NCBI GenBank assembly: GCA_951406725.2 | Contig: OX597830.1 | Span: 14,260,001 to 14,324,000 of the forward strand | Source: Octopus vulgaris | Taxonomy: Eukaryota | Direction of reading: 5' to 3' | Length of the DNA: 64,000 nt | Shown: positions 1-13,300 of the stretch, piece by piece | Numbering within the stretch: position 1 is the stretch's first letter | Layout: each line of letters starts with the position of its first letter | Program-made: the position numbers and the translations under genes | Notes under the pieces: model-generated | Told to the model about the DNA's origin: nothing | The model's database searches: none | What the model saw: only the letters and a program-made list of their open reading frames with translations

Positions 1-47
1 TAGTTATTTCCCTTACAAACCTGAGCAACGCCGGGCGATACTGCTAG
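1..47 (+). mobile_element. 3' terminus of a non-autonomous Helitron (cut off by the window start)
   Basis: GC-rich hairpin CCTGAGCAACGCCGGG followed by ...CTAG|T. Near-identical reverse complement of 11681-11727. Confidence 0.8.
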
Positions 48-235
48 TATGTATATATTATATATATATACATATATATATGTGTGTATATATATACATA
101 CATGTATGCACGTATATATGTGTAAATACATTTGCACATATATATGAATGTATATATATTATATGTATAAATATAGGTATGCATCTTTATATGTTTATAT
201 ATATATGTACATATATATGTATATATACAGACGTA

Positions 236-1408
236 TTGGGTTGGTAATTAAGTTCCGGCCGTTTTTTAAAATTTTTGAATTTATTGCGCTTTTAACTTTT
301 GGAATCTATTTTTTTTTTTCGAGAATTCTATTTTTCTAGTTAATTTTAGTTAACTTTTGTTAATTTTCAGATCATTAAAATGGAATGTCAAGTCAAGGAA
401 AACGAGCATTTTCGACACCTCCTTCTTTTTGCTTTTTATCAAGGTTCTAAGGCCGCAAAAGCTGCTCGCGACATTTGTTCTGTGTATGGAGAGGGTGCCA
501 TAGCTGAAAGAACCGCTCGTGATTGGTATGCCAAGTTCAAAAATAGTTCTTGACCTCAAAGACGCACCTCGTTCTGGTTGAGTTCGATGAAGAGCGATTA
601 AACCAAATTTTGCACGAAAATTCTCGTCAAACGACAAGGAAACTGGCAGAGAAAATGGAATGCTCCCACACTACTACAGTGAACATCTTCACTCGATGGG
701 AAAGGTTCAGAAACTCCACTCGTTTGCTTCCTCGTCACCGCTCAACTCATGGACACAAGCAACGATTTCTTTACCGAATCGTTACTGGCGACGAAAAATG
801 GCGCTTGTACATCATATGAAGCATCGTAAGGAATGGCTTAGTGCTGGTAAACAAGCGACACCGCTTGTGAAACAATATCTTTATCCCCGTAAAACGATGT
901 TTTATGTATGGTGGGACTGGAAAGGGATTATCCATTACGAATTTCTTGAACGGAACCAAACGGTCAATGCGGAACTTTATGTTCAACAGATGGAACGACT
1001 CAAGACTGCTATTCAAGAGAAAAGACCTAATCGGCAGTAGGGAGTTCTTCTGCTGCACGACAACGCCAGCCCTCATATCGACAATATGACCAAGGAAGCC
1101 ATTCAAACACATGGCTGGGAAGTGCTGCTACACTCGCCGTACTCTCCTAATTTAGAACCAACGGATTTCCACCTCTTTCGATCTCTTTCAAATGCTATGC
1201 GCGGAGCTTCGTTCAATACTGATGTAGAATTGAGAGATTGGCTGGATCAATTTTTCGGGTGATTTCTGACAACGAGGTATTGAAAATCTTGTTGAACGTT
1301 GGGAAGAAGTTGTAAACAACAAGTGTGAATACATTATTGATTAATTAGTTGTTATTTCTTTATTAAGCCTTTTAAGAAAAACGGCGGGAACTAATTTTTC
1401 CAACCTAA
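236..1408 (+). mobile_element. Mariner DNA transposon, full length but decayed (TIR type resembles Hsmar1/cecropia-like elements)
   Basis: TA flanks at 234-235 and 1409-1410. Imperfect TIRs TTGGGTTGGTAATTAAGTTCCGGCCG / CGGCGGGAACTAATTTTTCCAACCTAA enclose a transposase remnant. Confidence 0.9.
380..1344 (+). pseudogene. Mariner transposase pseudogene (frameshifts, stops, internal deletion)
   Basis: Starts MECQVKENEHFRHLLLF. Motifs across frames: IVTGDEKW, VWWDWKGIIHYEFL, LLHDNA, HSPYSPNLEPTDFHLFRSL. Confidence 0.9.
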
Positions 1409-1460
1409 TATATGTATAGATGTATATGAATCGATGTATATATATATGTGGATTTATTTG

Positions 1461-1546
<86 letters not shown>

Positions 1547-1549
<3 letters not shown>

Positions 1550-1757
1550 CCGTGCTGCACGGATTTTTGTCAGTGAACACGTCGCGGATTTTAGCGACGA
1601 AAATATTTTGACAAATTAAACTTAAATGTTGAAGTGAATCGAACGGCTTTTGTGTGTTTCTTAAATGGCTTATAAACACCTTCCACGCTGCAATTGTTTT
1701 CGTTTCAGCACACGATCTCAGATCAAATTACTTGCTATGCGAGTACATCTCCGTAAT
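1547..1757 (+). mobile_element. Penelope-like terminal-repeat fragment
   Basis: Contains a minimal hammerhead motif, sits between (TA)n tracts, and has a second partial copy in reverse at 6247-6316. Confidence 0.6.
1566..1615 (+). ncRNA. Minimal type-I hammerhead ribozyme-like motif, G3-C8 core variant
   Basis: Stem I TTTGTCA/TGACAAA; core GTGAACA; stem II GTCGC-GGATTTTA-GCGAC; GAAA; palindromic stem III ATAT; then TT. Confidence 0.65.
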
Positions 1758-1803
1758 ATATATATATATATTCATGTATATGTTTATATACATATATATA
1801 TTC

Positions 1804-1858
<55 letters not shown>

Positions 1859-2330
1859 TATGTATGTGTACATATAAGTATATGTATTGTATTCATGTGT
1901 ATCTATATATGTATTACTATGTCTGTATGTGTATGTATATGTGTATGTACATGTGTATATATATGTGTGTGTGTATGGATATGTATGTATATATAGATAT
2001 ATGTATATACATATATATGTATGTGTGTGTATATGTATATGTGAATGTGTGCATCTATGTATATGTTGTGTCTGTATTTTTATGCATCTATGTATATATA
2101 TGTATGTGTGTGCATTATATAATTATGCTTATATTTATATATATGTATATATATATATATATATATAGATAGATAGATAGATGATTTATGTGAATACGTA
2201 TTTGTTAATTATATTATATGTTCGTATCTTCCCATACACATGCACTCATGTATGTTTATATGTGAGAGAGAGAGAGTGTGTGTGTATTTTTATGTGCGTA
2301 TGTATGTGTGTATATATGTGTGTATATTCT
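1758..2330. repeat. (TA)n/(TG)n compound microsatellite
   Basis: Directly visible; produces the spurious YI/CV ORFs. Confidence 0.95.
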
Positions 2331-3220
2331 TATGTGTTAGGTGGAAACATATTTATTCCTTATGAATTCCTAATAATTTTTTCCTTCATATATTTGCTCC
2401 TTATTCATTTTTGAATGTCTCCCCTGAGCCGGGCAATTTTTGAGTGGGAGATTTTTTTGAATAAATCATATATGTTCAAATATTGAATCAATTTAAATAT
2501 ACTTTTGTTATTTAGCTAGAGGCTTCTAATAATACGTTTCTTTTTTTTTTCCCTTTTCAATATAAATATGCATACGTCTGTCTGTCAATGGCTTTTTTCT
2601 GTTAGTGAACGTAATGTTTATATCTGCTAGACACACGTGTTTTTGTTTACATTAAGTTTCGTCTCGATCTTTTACTCTTTTTGAAATAAATCCGTTAGAC
2701 TTTTTAAGCTATAGCTTTTTTGCACAAATAGACTTTTATTCATATTGATATGTCCTTCTTTTTCGTCTCTCATTATTATTTTCCCCTTTTACACCTTGTT
2801 TATAGATACCCGGTTTAATTTTTCCCTATTACCCCATCTGTTTTTCCTTATTGAATTTTATTAATAACTTTTTTTTATGTTCTTCCTAAAAATTCTTCAC
2901 GCTGATGAGAATGTCAATGCATCACTCTAATTATAATTATTATTATTATAATTTTTTCTTAAATATTTGTGTTGTTTTTTTGAAACGTGCATATGTATCA
3001 AATTCAATTTTGATTTTAACATACTTTCTCCATTTTTAAACTTGTTTATGATATCTTTATACCTATGACGAAATTTTTCGATTGTTATATTCATATTTTT
3101 ACTACTTGCTCTGGTTAATTTTTATGAATATGATGAATTTTTTTTATTGGAAATTATTTGTTCTCGCTTTTTGGATCCTTCAAAAAGTTTGAACTTTTCA
3201 TTTTGAACTTATTTTTTCTC

Positions 3221-3280
<60 letters not shown>

Positions 3281-3329
3281 TTATGTATGTATGTATGTAA
3301 GTATGTACGTATGTATATATATATATGTA

Positions 3330-3396
<67 letters not shown>

Positions 3397-3934
3397 ATAT
3401 CTATCTATATATCTATCTATATATCTATCTATATCTATCTATCTATATATATATATATATATATATATGCTATCATTCTATATTTCAATTCTTTTAAAAA
3501 TTACTCCACGTTCTTCAAATGTTCAATTGTCATGGTGACCATATATCTCAGCTTAAAACAATCGCTGAGTGAAATGTGTCAGCGTTCTTCATAGTTTTAT
3601 ATAACTGCAATAACTACAGTTATTTTTTTAAAGCTGCAGTTAATTTTTATAACTCCTGAAAGCATTCTGATATCCTTTTTATTGGTTTCTGTCATTGGAA
3701 TGCAGCGAAGTTGGGACAAAGGCTTCAAGATTCTTGGTAGATCATATAGATCCCCGTGGTATTTATTTTAATGATGTTGTTAACAACGCTAAGTTTTGGA
3801 CAGAAAAAACTGCATCCAGAGGACACGTAGAAGACACTTAATATGAGGAGTATTGGCATAGGATATGACACAGATGGTTGCAAAGAATATATAAACATGT
3901 GTGTGTGTTTGTGTGTGTGTGTGAGTGTACATGT

Positions 3935-4176
3935 GATGGTGTGTAGCTTAGTGGCTTGGGTATTCGACTCAAGATTGTAATGTTATGAGTTCATTTCACG
4001 ACGGTTCGTTGTGTCCTTGAGTGAGTTTACTTCACGTTTCTACAGCTCACTCAGGTGGAAAAACGTACTCGTAATTCAAATCCTTGAGAACTACGTTAAG
4101 GGTGTGCGCTCCTTCGAAGTTCTCATCCACTTGTTAATTTCACGAACACTCGTCGTCATAACCGATGGAGCGTCAG
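3935..4176 (+). mobile_element. Decayed tRNA-derived SINE (head B + tail 2)
   Basis: Head resembles 23319/23571 (gcttagtgg...gttgtgtccttgag...ctcactcaggtggaaaa). Tail gagaactacgttaagggtg...gtcgtcataaccgatggag matches the tail of the 48086 SINE. Confidence 0.7.
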
Positions 4177-4181
4177 TTTAG

Positions 4182-4240
<59 letters not shown>

Positions 4241-4280
4241 CATACACGCATACATACACATGTATATATGTATATATATA

Positions 4281-4324
<44 letters not shown>

Positions 4325-4359
4325 TTATACACACACATATACATATACACGCATACATA

Positions 4360-5105
4360 TATTGGCTACTCCACTAAAAATATACCCATACTATCCCGAA
4401 TGCTACTGGAAAAGATAATGGACGTAATTAGGCGTATGAGGTTGAAAGCATTCTACTATGACCTAACCAAACCATCCCCGGAGGGCAACGATTATGGAAT
4501 CAGATCGAGGAAACACCCACCCAAAATCAAGGGCCTCGAACCCTTCGACCTAATGAGCAATATTCCGAAGCTGAAATTCCTTAAGTTCTCTGTATCCTTC
4601 CAACAGAAGTTCCGGGCTGACATTAGATTGTTGAAAACTCATATATGACCCTAGTTTTCTCTGATACGACGAAAAACTTATATAGGATAGACACTTTCGA
4701 TTACGTTGGACGACTAGAAAATAATATCACACAAAATTGTCGGCGCACTTCCCCACACACATATAACGACATCAACAGTGAAGCCAAAAAATTAACTAAT
4801 GAACTAGAGATAGTGGATAGAGTAGAGATCCTAGCTAAAAGAAATACCTTCATTATCATAAAAGATATTAAACCGAATTTTGCCTCAAACCCTAAATGCC
4901 ACCTGTTCAATCCTTCCAAATCCGACATTGGTCTGGCGAGCAAGCAAATATTGAGAAATATCAATAACGATATAAGGAGGGCTACTAACCTTTCCCCTGT
5001 GGCACAACACATGGCTTAACACCATCAAGGGAAAAAGCAAACGAAAGTTAACTTTTACCCGTTTATATCAAAAGGACCACTGGCCAAGGCGCTTTCTTTC
5101 GCTAT
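4360..5105 (+). pseudogene. Penelope-like retroelement reverse-transcriptase fragment (probably Naiad-type)
   Basis: Motifs YSTKNIP, RMRLKAFYY, IIIKDIKPNF, LFNPSKSDIG and NFYPFISK (RT D-x-x-x-FYPSI-like), with frameshifts. Confidence 0.75.
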
Positions 5106-5544
5106 GGGGCTTCACTGACATTAGCAACAGAAAGACAGTGCCGTACAAATACAATACATTGGTTTTGAAGAATGACCAATGAATAACGCTATATAGACAA
5201 AGAGCTTTTTATAGATGGAAGTGTTTAGAGATTGGTAAATGGCAATATGAATTTGGATGAGAAGATGAAGATTTTGAATTGGAAGACATTGCTGCAGATA
5301 TTCAGGAGAGAAAGAAAAGTGGTGAGGAATGTTGCTGCCGAACGAATACAAGATCAATTCGACTGGTTTCGCATAATTAACGGCTTTTTGTGATTATCTG
5401 TTTTGTTTTACAGAGCAAAAAAGAACAAAATTAAAAAAAAATTAAAATAATAAATGTAAAAACTGAATAATTCATAAAATTTTAACACATTTGGCGTTCA
5501 TTAGTGTCGCAGGAGAATGACCACTGTTGCTATGGTATTCCTAG

Positions 5545-5681
5545 CGGTCGCATCATCGTTACAATCAAATACATCATCATCAGCAGCATCATCATCATCA
5601 TTATCTTTAGCATCATCAGCATCATCAGCATCATCATCATCATTATCATCATCCATCATTATCATCAACATTATCATCATT

Positions 5682-5739
<58 letters not shown>

Positions 5740-5755
5740 CCAGCAGCAGCAGCAG

Positions 5756-5792
<37 letters not shown>

Positions 5793-5830
5793 GTCATCAT
5801 CCTCCTCCTCCTCCTTCTCATCATCATTAA
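5545..5830. repeat. (CAT)n/(CAG)n microsatellite
   Basis: Directly visible. Confidence 0.95.
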
Positions 5831-6246
5831 TATTGTATAATACGTTGGGAAAGTCAACAAGGAAGTACAGGAATTCTGCATGGTAAAAGAAGCAGATTGA
5901 AAGAACTTTAGCTTTAAAGCTTAGAAAGATATTTAAGTAATATATACCCTGTGGAAGAGACAAACCTGAAGATAAAAACTTGTGTGTTTACTCTGCATCG
6001 AAACTGTGTATCATTATCAAGCTAATCTATAAGTTTGGACACAATATACACGAATTTTTATAACATTCGATTTATAAACAAGAGTCTCTTATATCGATTA
6101 AACTGCACGGTATCTTGAACCAGTGGCTTTTATGTTAGCCTAAGACCGACTCAAGTCTTGCGAATAAAATTGAGTAGATGGTAATTGTATGGAAATCTGT
6201 GGAAGACACGGAGTGAAGCTTCGAGTATATATATATATATAGATAT

Positions 6247-6316
6247 ATTTACTTGCATAGCAAGTGACCTGATCTGAGAACGTGTGCTGGAACGAAGACA
6301 ATTGCAGAGTGGAACG
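6247..6316 (-). mobile_element. Partial copy of the 1547-1757 PLE-type repeat
   Basis: tacttgcatagcaagtgacctgatctgag...caattgcagagtggaa is the reverse complement of ~1681-1746. Confidence 0.75.
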
Positions 6317-6933
6317 ACTGCTGTCACGTGTGGGACGAGTCTATCGTCAATATCATCACGCCTCCTTCCTTCCAACGGGAAAGAAAAGCTATTTTCATCA
6401 TACTTGTGGCTATGGTGAAAGAATGTATCAGGTGGACGCGTCTGAAAGGAGTGGAGACAAACACTTTCCTCTCTGGTCAACCTCTCATCAACTTCTTCAA
6501 GTATAACTTGAAAAGGAAAGTGTGAGAAGAGAGGCAAGTTTTGTCTAGTGAATGTTTCAAAAAAAGATGGGTGACTTGTAGCAATGATGGCACCTATGAA
6601 TGACGAAGCCACCTTGAGCATAATCCTATGAACCCGGAAAAATTTAAAACAGAGAGTTACTTACTTGCAAATGAATGTGTTAACATGTGACATTATTAAC
6701 CGAGATTACTGTGGTCTTTTCCGTAGGCTTTTCTTTCCACAGATAAACCTTATCTGCTTCCCCCTTTACGCTTTACATCATGACATTTCTGTGATACACG
6801 ATCCCTATTGATCGTATTTTGTCTTTCCTTTTTATGATCCATTTTCATCGTAAACCTACCCCATTTTTTTTTCTCCCTAAAAAGAAAAGCTCTACTTTGT
6901 AATTTGTCCCGTCTGTGTGGCTAATAAAGAAAC
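6317..6933 (+). mobile_element. 5'-truncated L1/Tx1-clade LINE: ORF2 C-terminus plus 3' UTR
   Basis: Peptide ...IFIILVAMVKECIRWTRLKG...FFKYNLKRKV*EERQVLSSECFKKRW resembles Tx1 ORF2 ends. The UTR ends in AATAAAGAAA. Confidence 0.65.
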
Positions 6934-7010
6934 ATAATAAAATAAACACTTGTTTGTTATCCTCACTGTCCGAAATTCAGTGAACCACTGATAGGTCCAC
7001 TGGAAACATT

Positions 7011-7302
7011 TTGTTGTTGTTGTTTCTTCCTTCTCGAGCCATGCTTGGCTCATAAGGGCCGGTTTCCCGGCTTCTTGGCGTATAGGTTCCCCAACTGGAC
7101 GGGACGCCGGTCCGTCGCTGGTGAGCTGCAAGATGCAGGAAGAAAGAGTGAGAGAAAGTTACGGCGAAAGAGTCATTCTGCCGGAGCCGCGTGGAGCTTA
7201 GGTGTTTCGCTCATAAACACACACATCGCCCGGTCTGAGATTCGAACCCGCTATCACTCGATCGCGAGTCAGCTGCTCTAACCAGTAGGCCATGTGCCTC
7301 CA
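7011..7302 (-). mobile_element. tRNA-derived SINE (head A + tail 1)
   Basis: A/B-box-like head; homologous to 23828-24122; (AAC)n tail. Confidence 0.85.
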
Positions 7303-7516
7303 CTCCGCTGGAAACATGCAAATAAATAGGTTGTTTTTCGCAAAGTATGATTATATATGCAAATAAACAAACAAATATATCAATCATGTATCATCAGATA
7401 GGAGGCTAAGACAAAACTCACGTGTACAAGTAACTGCGCTGTGTGATCTGACACTGTTCCACATTATTTTGAATTCTTTAACCAATGCATGACCATGTAC
7501 ACACACACACACACAC

Positions 7517-7563
<47 letters not shown>

Positions 7564-7573
7564 ACACACATCT

Positions 7574-7884
7574 TTATCTTTTACTTGTATCACTCATTAG
7601 ACTACGCCCATGCTGGGTCACTACGTTGAAGAATTTTTAGTCGAGTGAATCGACCCCGTTATTTATTTTTTGTGAAGCCTGGTACTTATTCGATCATTCT
7701 CTATTATCGAATCGTTAAGTTAGGAGGCTGTAAACACACGAACGCTGGTTATCAAAAGGGTGGTGGGGAAGAAACACAGACACGAAGACACACACACAGA
7801 GACATACACACACGCACACACATCACATATTCAAGTATATACTACGGGCTTCTTTCAGTTTCCGTCTACCAAATCCACTCACAA
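7574..7884 (-). mobile_element. 5'-truncated, diverged copy of the SINE family at 17909/60623
   Basis: Shared segment acgggcttctttcagtttccgtctaccaaatccactcacaa plus tail homology. Confidence 0.8.
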
Positions 7885-7885
7885 A

Positions 7886-8179
7886 CTCTTTGAGCGGTCA
7901 GTCCTGCCTCTCTTCTTTTCAAAGATTTGAGCAAAGTCGACCCCACGTTGGGACCAAGTTCGTCGAAGCATGAAAGCACGCAGGCAAAACGCTGCTCGTC
8001 TCAATGAAAACCTTACTAAACACAAAGCAAAGCAGGTCTTGCCGTCCACGCCAAGAAAACGCATAGTAAATGATCCACAAGCTCTTGAGCAAACTGAGCC
8101 CTCAACTTGCTCCCTTTGCTGAAAGATTTGGAAGAAACCTGCAGACCTAAAGAGACACATTCGTGTCCGTAGAACGTGA
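7886..8179 (+). pseudogene. LINE ORF C-terminal remnant with a terminal C2H2-like finger (RTE-like)
   Basis: Frame reads ...RWDQVRRSMKARRQNAARLNENLTKHKAK...CSLC*KIWKKPADLKRHIRVRRT*, with in-frame stops. Confidence 0.5.
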
Positions 8180-8625
8180 TTTCTGCTTTATTTTACTGAA
8201 CCCTCGTTTGTCATTTACGACGAAAGAATTTATCATATACATATATATGTATATATGGCCATGAAGGTCCATCCAAGGAAAATAAGAACGAAAGGGATCC
8301 ATCTGAGGAAAATATGGTTTATATATATATATATATATATTGTTATATTTCGGAATGGTCATAAACATACATACACACACATATATATATGTATATATGT
8401 ACATATATATATATATTATATATATATTATATAAATATATATATATATACATATATATACCAAGTAAGTTAGGGGTTGTGGATCCAACCCACTAAAGGAT
8501 AATACTTACCCAATATATTGTGGGTATAATACCCAAATTATTAATTCACAAGTGTTTTTAATTGCAATGCAATTAACTTACTTATTGTATTAAATAGGTG
8601 AAGGTAAATAAATATTTTACCATTA

Positions 8626-8726
8626 ATATATAATACAAATAAGAAAATGGAAGAACAATTTAGTTGGTTTACCAAGCTGATAAACCAACTAAATAGTTTC
8701 TCCATTTTCTTATTTGCATTATATAT
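8626..8726. repeat. Inverted repeat with ~45-bp arms and a 9-nt spacer
   Basis: atataatacaaataagaaaatggaagaacaatttagttggttta / taaaccaactaaatagtttctccattttcttatttgcattatat, about 4 mismatches. Confidence 0.85.
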
Positions 8727-9629
8727 ATATATATATATATACACAAACACACACATGTATGGATAAATATGCTATGTATGTATTTGTGCGTGAGGAAAGC
8801 AGGTGAGCGAAAAAAAAACATACCGAGAATCTTATTTGGATCATATCTAAATATCATTGACGCAAAATGGTGTCATCTTTACTGTTTAGATATTGATCCA
8901 CTGATCTGTGGAGTTTGGAGAATACGTCGCCTACTTAACCAATTATTGCTGCTCAAGATTATACTTGAAATAATTCATATTTGAAGAAATATTCAGTCAC
9001 ACTACTACATGTTATGAAAGTGACAAAAACTAAAAAAAAAAATAATTAAATAAGAACCAAAAGACAAGCACCACACCAATAAATCTGTCAAGAATGTTGA
9101 TATAAACAATCTACGGTTTTACCCAATACAACTTTGTTCTCAACATATTTCTTCAAGCAACTTACAATTCATGACTTATTATTTTTTTCCCCCGACAATA
9201 TTCTCTGAAATGTTGTCATTCAAACTCTGTGACGCTTCTGTTTTGAGGCATTCTTGCTGCTGTTTATTTTATTTCTTTACTTCCTGATTTGTTATATGCA
9301 AACAAATTTGTTGACTTTTTAAACTGTATATCTCCCGTCCTCCACCTCCTCCCCTGGCAAACTTATGCCTCCTAACCTCCTCTACTATTCAACCCCCACC
9401 ATACACTTTTACGCATATTTTTGCCCACTTTACCACCAAAATCTACTATATTGAAAGATATTGCAAGATTTCCGTTATTTTTTGTGACTTAAATTTGTCT
9501 TCTTTTTAGCATTCTTAATCTGACTTCAGTGTCATCAAATTTTTCAGACCATCTTTCGGTTTTGTCACATGACTCTGTCTTCTATTCTTCCTTTCTTTTC
9601 TCAACACTTCCTCATTCTCTCATCTTCTC

Positions 9630-9666
<37 letters not shown>

Positions 9667-10211
9667 ACCACACGCACACACACCCACACATTTCCCCTGC
9701 TCTTTCTGCAAGTCACTCCGCATTCCCTCACCCTCTTACCCTTCATACTAACTCTTACCAATTCACTATCTGCTCTTATCCATCATCTGCCTCTCTATAC
9801 GTCACTTTTTACTTTACCCACAATATTTATCTTTTTGGCATGAGAGCGTTCAGATAAATCTCCGAACTACGATACGGTGATTGCCCTTTGTTTTGTTATA
9901 ATTCTTACTTTTTTTCGCGATATTATTGAGATTTTCCTTAAACATTCATCAGTTTAGATTTTTAACTAATCCGATTAACTTTTTCACGGCTAAAACAACA
10001 CATTGTTAACTGTGTGTTTATGTTTTTTTTTTCTTTTCTTATTTTACCAAATAGTCACTTTGTTCAATAAATTATCATACATCTTTCTCTTTGTGTAAAT
10101 CTAAAATCCAGTTGATTTACACGTTATTTCCAATTTTTTGCGTGTATATGATTGTGCATAACTTCAGACGTGTGTCGAATGTGTGAGTTTGTGTGTGTAT
10201 AAATAAATATA

Positions 10212-10290
<79 letters not shown>

Positions 10291-10293
10291 ATG

Positions 10294-10347
<54 letters not shown>

Positions 10348-10508
10348 GCATAAATGTTCTTGTATATCTACATATACAAATATGAATATACGGGTGCATG
10401 TGCACGTACATACATAAATACATATACGTACACACACGCACACACACACACACACGTATATATATACATATATTTATATATACATACATACATATATATA
10501 TATATAAG

Positions 10509-10630
<122 letters not shown>

Positions 10631-10909
10631 TCATATATATTCATCTGTACATATATAAAAATATGCACAAATACATTTATCAATACGCTCACATGCAGAA
10701 ACACTGACATGCAGAAACACATACATAAATTCATACATATATTTATATATATATATATATATATATATACGTGTGTGTATGTGTGTATGTGTAATTATAT
10801 GCGTGTTGCGTATCGTTGAAACTGTATGGACGTATGCCAGTGAAGTTGATTCTTTATTCTTTAATGCGAGTCGTTCTTATATTCGAAGGTTATGTTTTCA
10901 ATCTGTGAA

Positions 10910-10955
<46 letters not shown>

Positions 10956-10987
10956 GTGTGTTTGCATTCATGTGTGGGTGTGTATGT

Positions 10988-11089
<102 letters not shown>

Positions 11090-11680
11090 GTATAGATGCA
11101 TCTATATTAACATACATATAAGTATGTGTGTTTGCATGTAGGACTGAATATATATATATACATGTGTCCGTTTCGATATGTGCGTGTATAGGAGCAAAAT
11201 TTTCCGGGAAGGGAAACAGAAATTGTATTCAAATATATTAATATGTTGACATAATGACGTTGACATGAGCCTCCATGCACTCACACACACACACATGTGC
11301 ATATGTATGCATATACTCAAGTGTGTGTATACATTTGTGCGTATACACGTGCCCTTTGTATGCGTGTATATAGGTACATAATACAAGGAGCAGTATAAAT
11401 AGCATATTCATATGTACTCCAAAGTTTTTATACCAACATTTGAGATATATATATATTCTGTTCAAATACCAGAAGCCATAGATAGAACATCAGATCATAT
11501 TCGGAATAATATTTAGTGTTCTTTCCTTTCAGTTTGCTTCACGTCCTTCCTTATGCAACTTTATCTTCGTCCATTTTAGTATATGTTAAATTATTACTAC
11601 GTATATCTTGAAAGTCATGGCATATCGTAATTATTAGACATATATAATCAGAGATATATTACCAACGGTATATATATATA

Positions 11681-12045
11681 CTAGCAGTATCGCCCGGCGT
11701 TGCTCGGGTTTGTAAGGGAAATAACTATAAAGCATTTTTAGAGAGTTATAGCCAAACAATAACAAAAAAAATGCATTAAAAATGGAAAAAAATTACGGTA
11801 AATTTTGTTTTAAATCGTTGACTCATCGTAGACATTTTTAGAGAGTTACTTCCCTTATATAATAGCGAAAAAATGCATTAAAATGATGGTAAATCATCGT
11901 AGACGCGCGCTAATACCCAGAAGGGCTCGATATGAATGACGACTATAAGATACCCGGTTTTGGTTAAACTGCACCGCAAAATGTGTGAGTAGTTAGGAAT
12001 CTAAATCGTAGGAGACACACACAACCTTACTTTTATATATAAAGA
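11681..12045 (-). mobile_element. Complete non-autonomous Helitron (365 bp)
   Basis: On the minus strand: A|TCTTTATATATAAAAG ... CCCGAGCAACGCCGGG hairpin ... CTAG|T. Inserted between A and T with no TSD. Confidence 0.88.
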
Positions 12046-12134
12046 TATATCTTTACAGCGAAAATTAGTGTAACACTGAAGGGATTTGGTTTGCAAGATT
12101 CTTTATGTGAGTTCGTGTGCTGAAGCATATTCTA

Positions 12135-12274
12135 TTGTCTCTGGGGAGAGTCAAGGCTGCAAGACGCAACGAAAATTTTAGGAAAATAAAAAATAAGAAA
12201 AAAAAGTGGAAATTTTACCGGTGAGGGTGTTAAATAATAAGGCACAAAAAGAAAATGACTCTCCCCAGACACAA
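12135..12274. repeat. 19-bp inverted repeat in a probable PLE remnant
   Basis: ttgtctctggggagagtca (12135-12153) vs tgactctccccagacacaa (12256-12274), 1 mismatch. Confidence 0.6.
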
Positions 12275-12899
12275 CTGAAGTGATATTTTATCCAAAAAAA
12301 CTCTTCTAAAGAGAATCTCACTTCGAATGAAAGAAGAATCCGCAACAATTAGGAGCCAAGTTTTCCTTAAATCACATTCTACCGTCTAAAAAGTTCACAA
12401 TAGGTACCAACGTATTAAAAATTTAGTGATTGTGTCACTTTGATCTTAAGACCACTCCACTCCATCGGACCTGGCTTGTGCTAATACAACAACGAGTGTA
12501 ATAAACTTGCGTTTCTCCAGATTTGATGCAGTCATTTTCAATAATATACTGGCGCCATGTCATTTTAATATATACACACATTTCGTTCATCTGAAGTACA
12601 TAATCAAAGTACGGTGATCATACCTTAGACTGTCAAGAAATAAGATTATTGTGGTTTTCTTAACCCTAATGGCTGTCGATTCCACCGTTTACAAAATATA
12701 AAGCATGCATGAAATCACAAGTGGTTAACTGAATACACCTGAGATAGTCTATTTTGAGACACATTCGTTTAACCATAACTGACAGGTAATTAAAACTATG
12801 TAACTGTGTTGGGTATGTTCCTGGTACTACGCCGATAAAGAACGTTCACTGCCTATAGCTACCTAACGCCATCCACCTTAATTACACAATTATCGGTGA

Positions 12900-13300
12900 G
12901 TATACAGCAAATGATTCTCGCACAATACATGTTTTTTTTTCTGTTCTAAACGACTATATAAGGCCTGTTTTATTTGCACTTGATAAAGGGTTTTTTTACG
13001 GTTATGCCCACCAATATTCCTTGAGTAGATTTGCATGTATACATTCAATAACAGGGGTATGTATATATTTATCCTACGGCAATCGTTACTGAAGATGGTA
13101 TATTTATATTGGCTTAGCAACAGCATCATGTCGCAATGGGATGCAGTACCTTGATGGAATTTTCAGGCAGCTGTTGATCACGTGTGTTATGTCCTCCACA
13201 AAAGAACGGCCAAATCAACATTTATGGCTGCATCTTAGGAGCTTAAGGGCTTCACTGCTCATTATAACCATCTTCTGATGTTGAATTGCAAAAGCATACA
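12900..13300 (-). pseudogene. Possible ancient PLE reverse-transcriptase remnant
   Basis: Weak peptides SFVEDITHVI and IAVG...PLLLNVYM (cf. G-x-AMG...P..ANIYM) in the expected order. Confidence 0.3.

Noticed and set aside
2898-2992. CTGATGA...GAAACGTG as a fourth hammerhead
   Set aside because: Stem II and stem I pair poorly; at best a heavily decayed relic.
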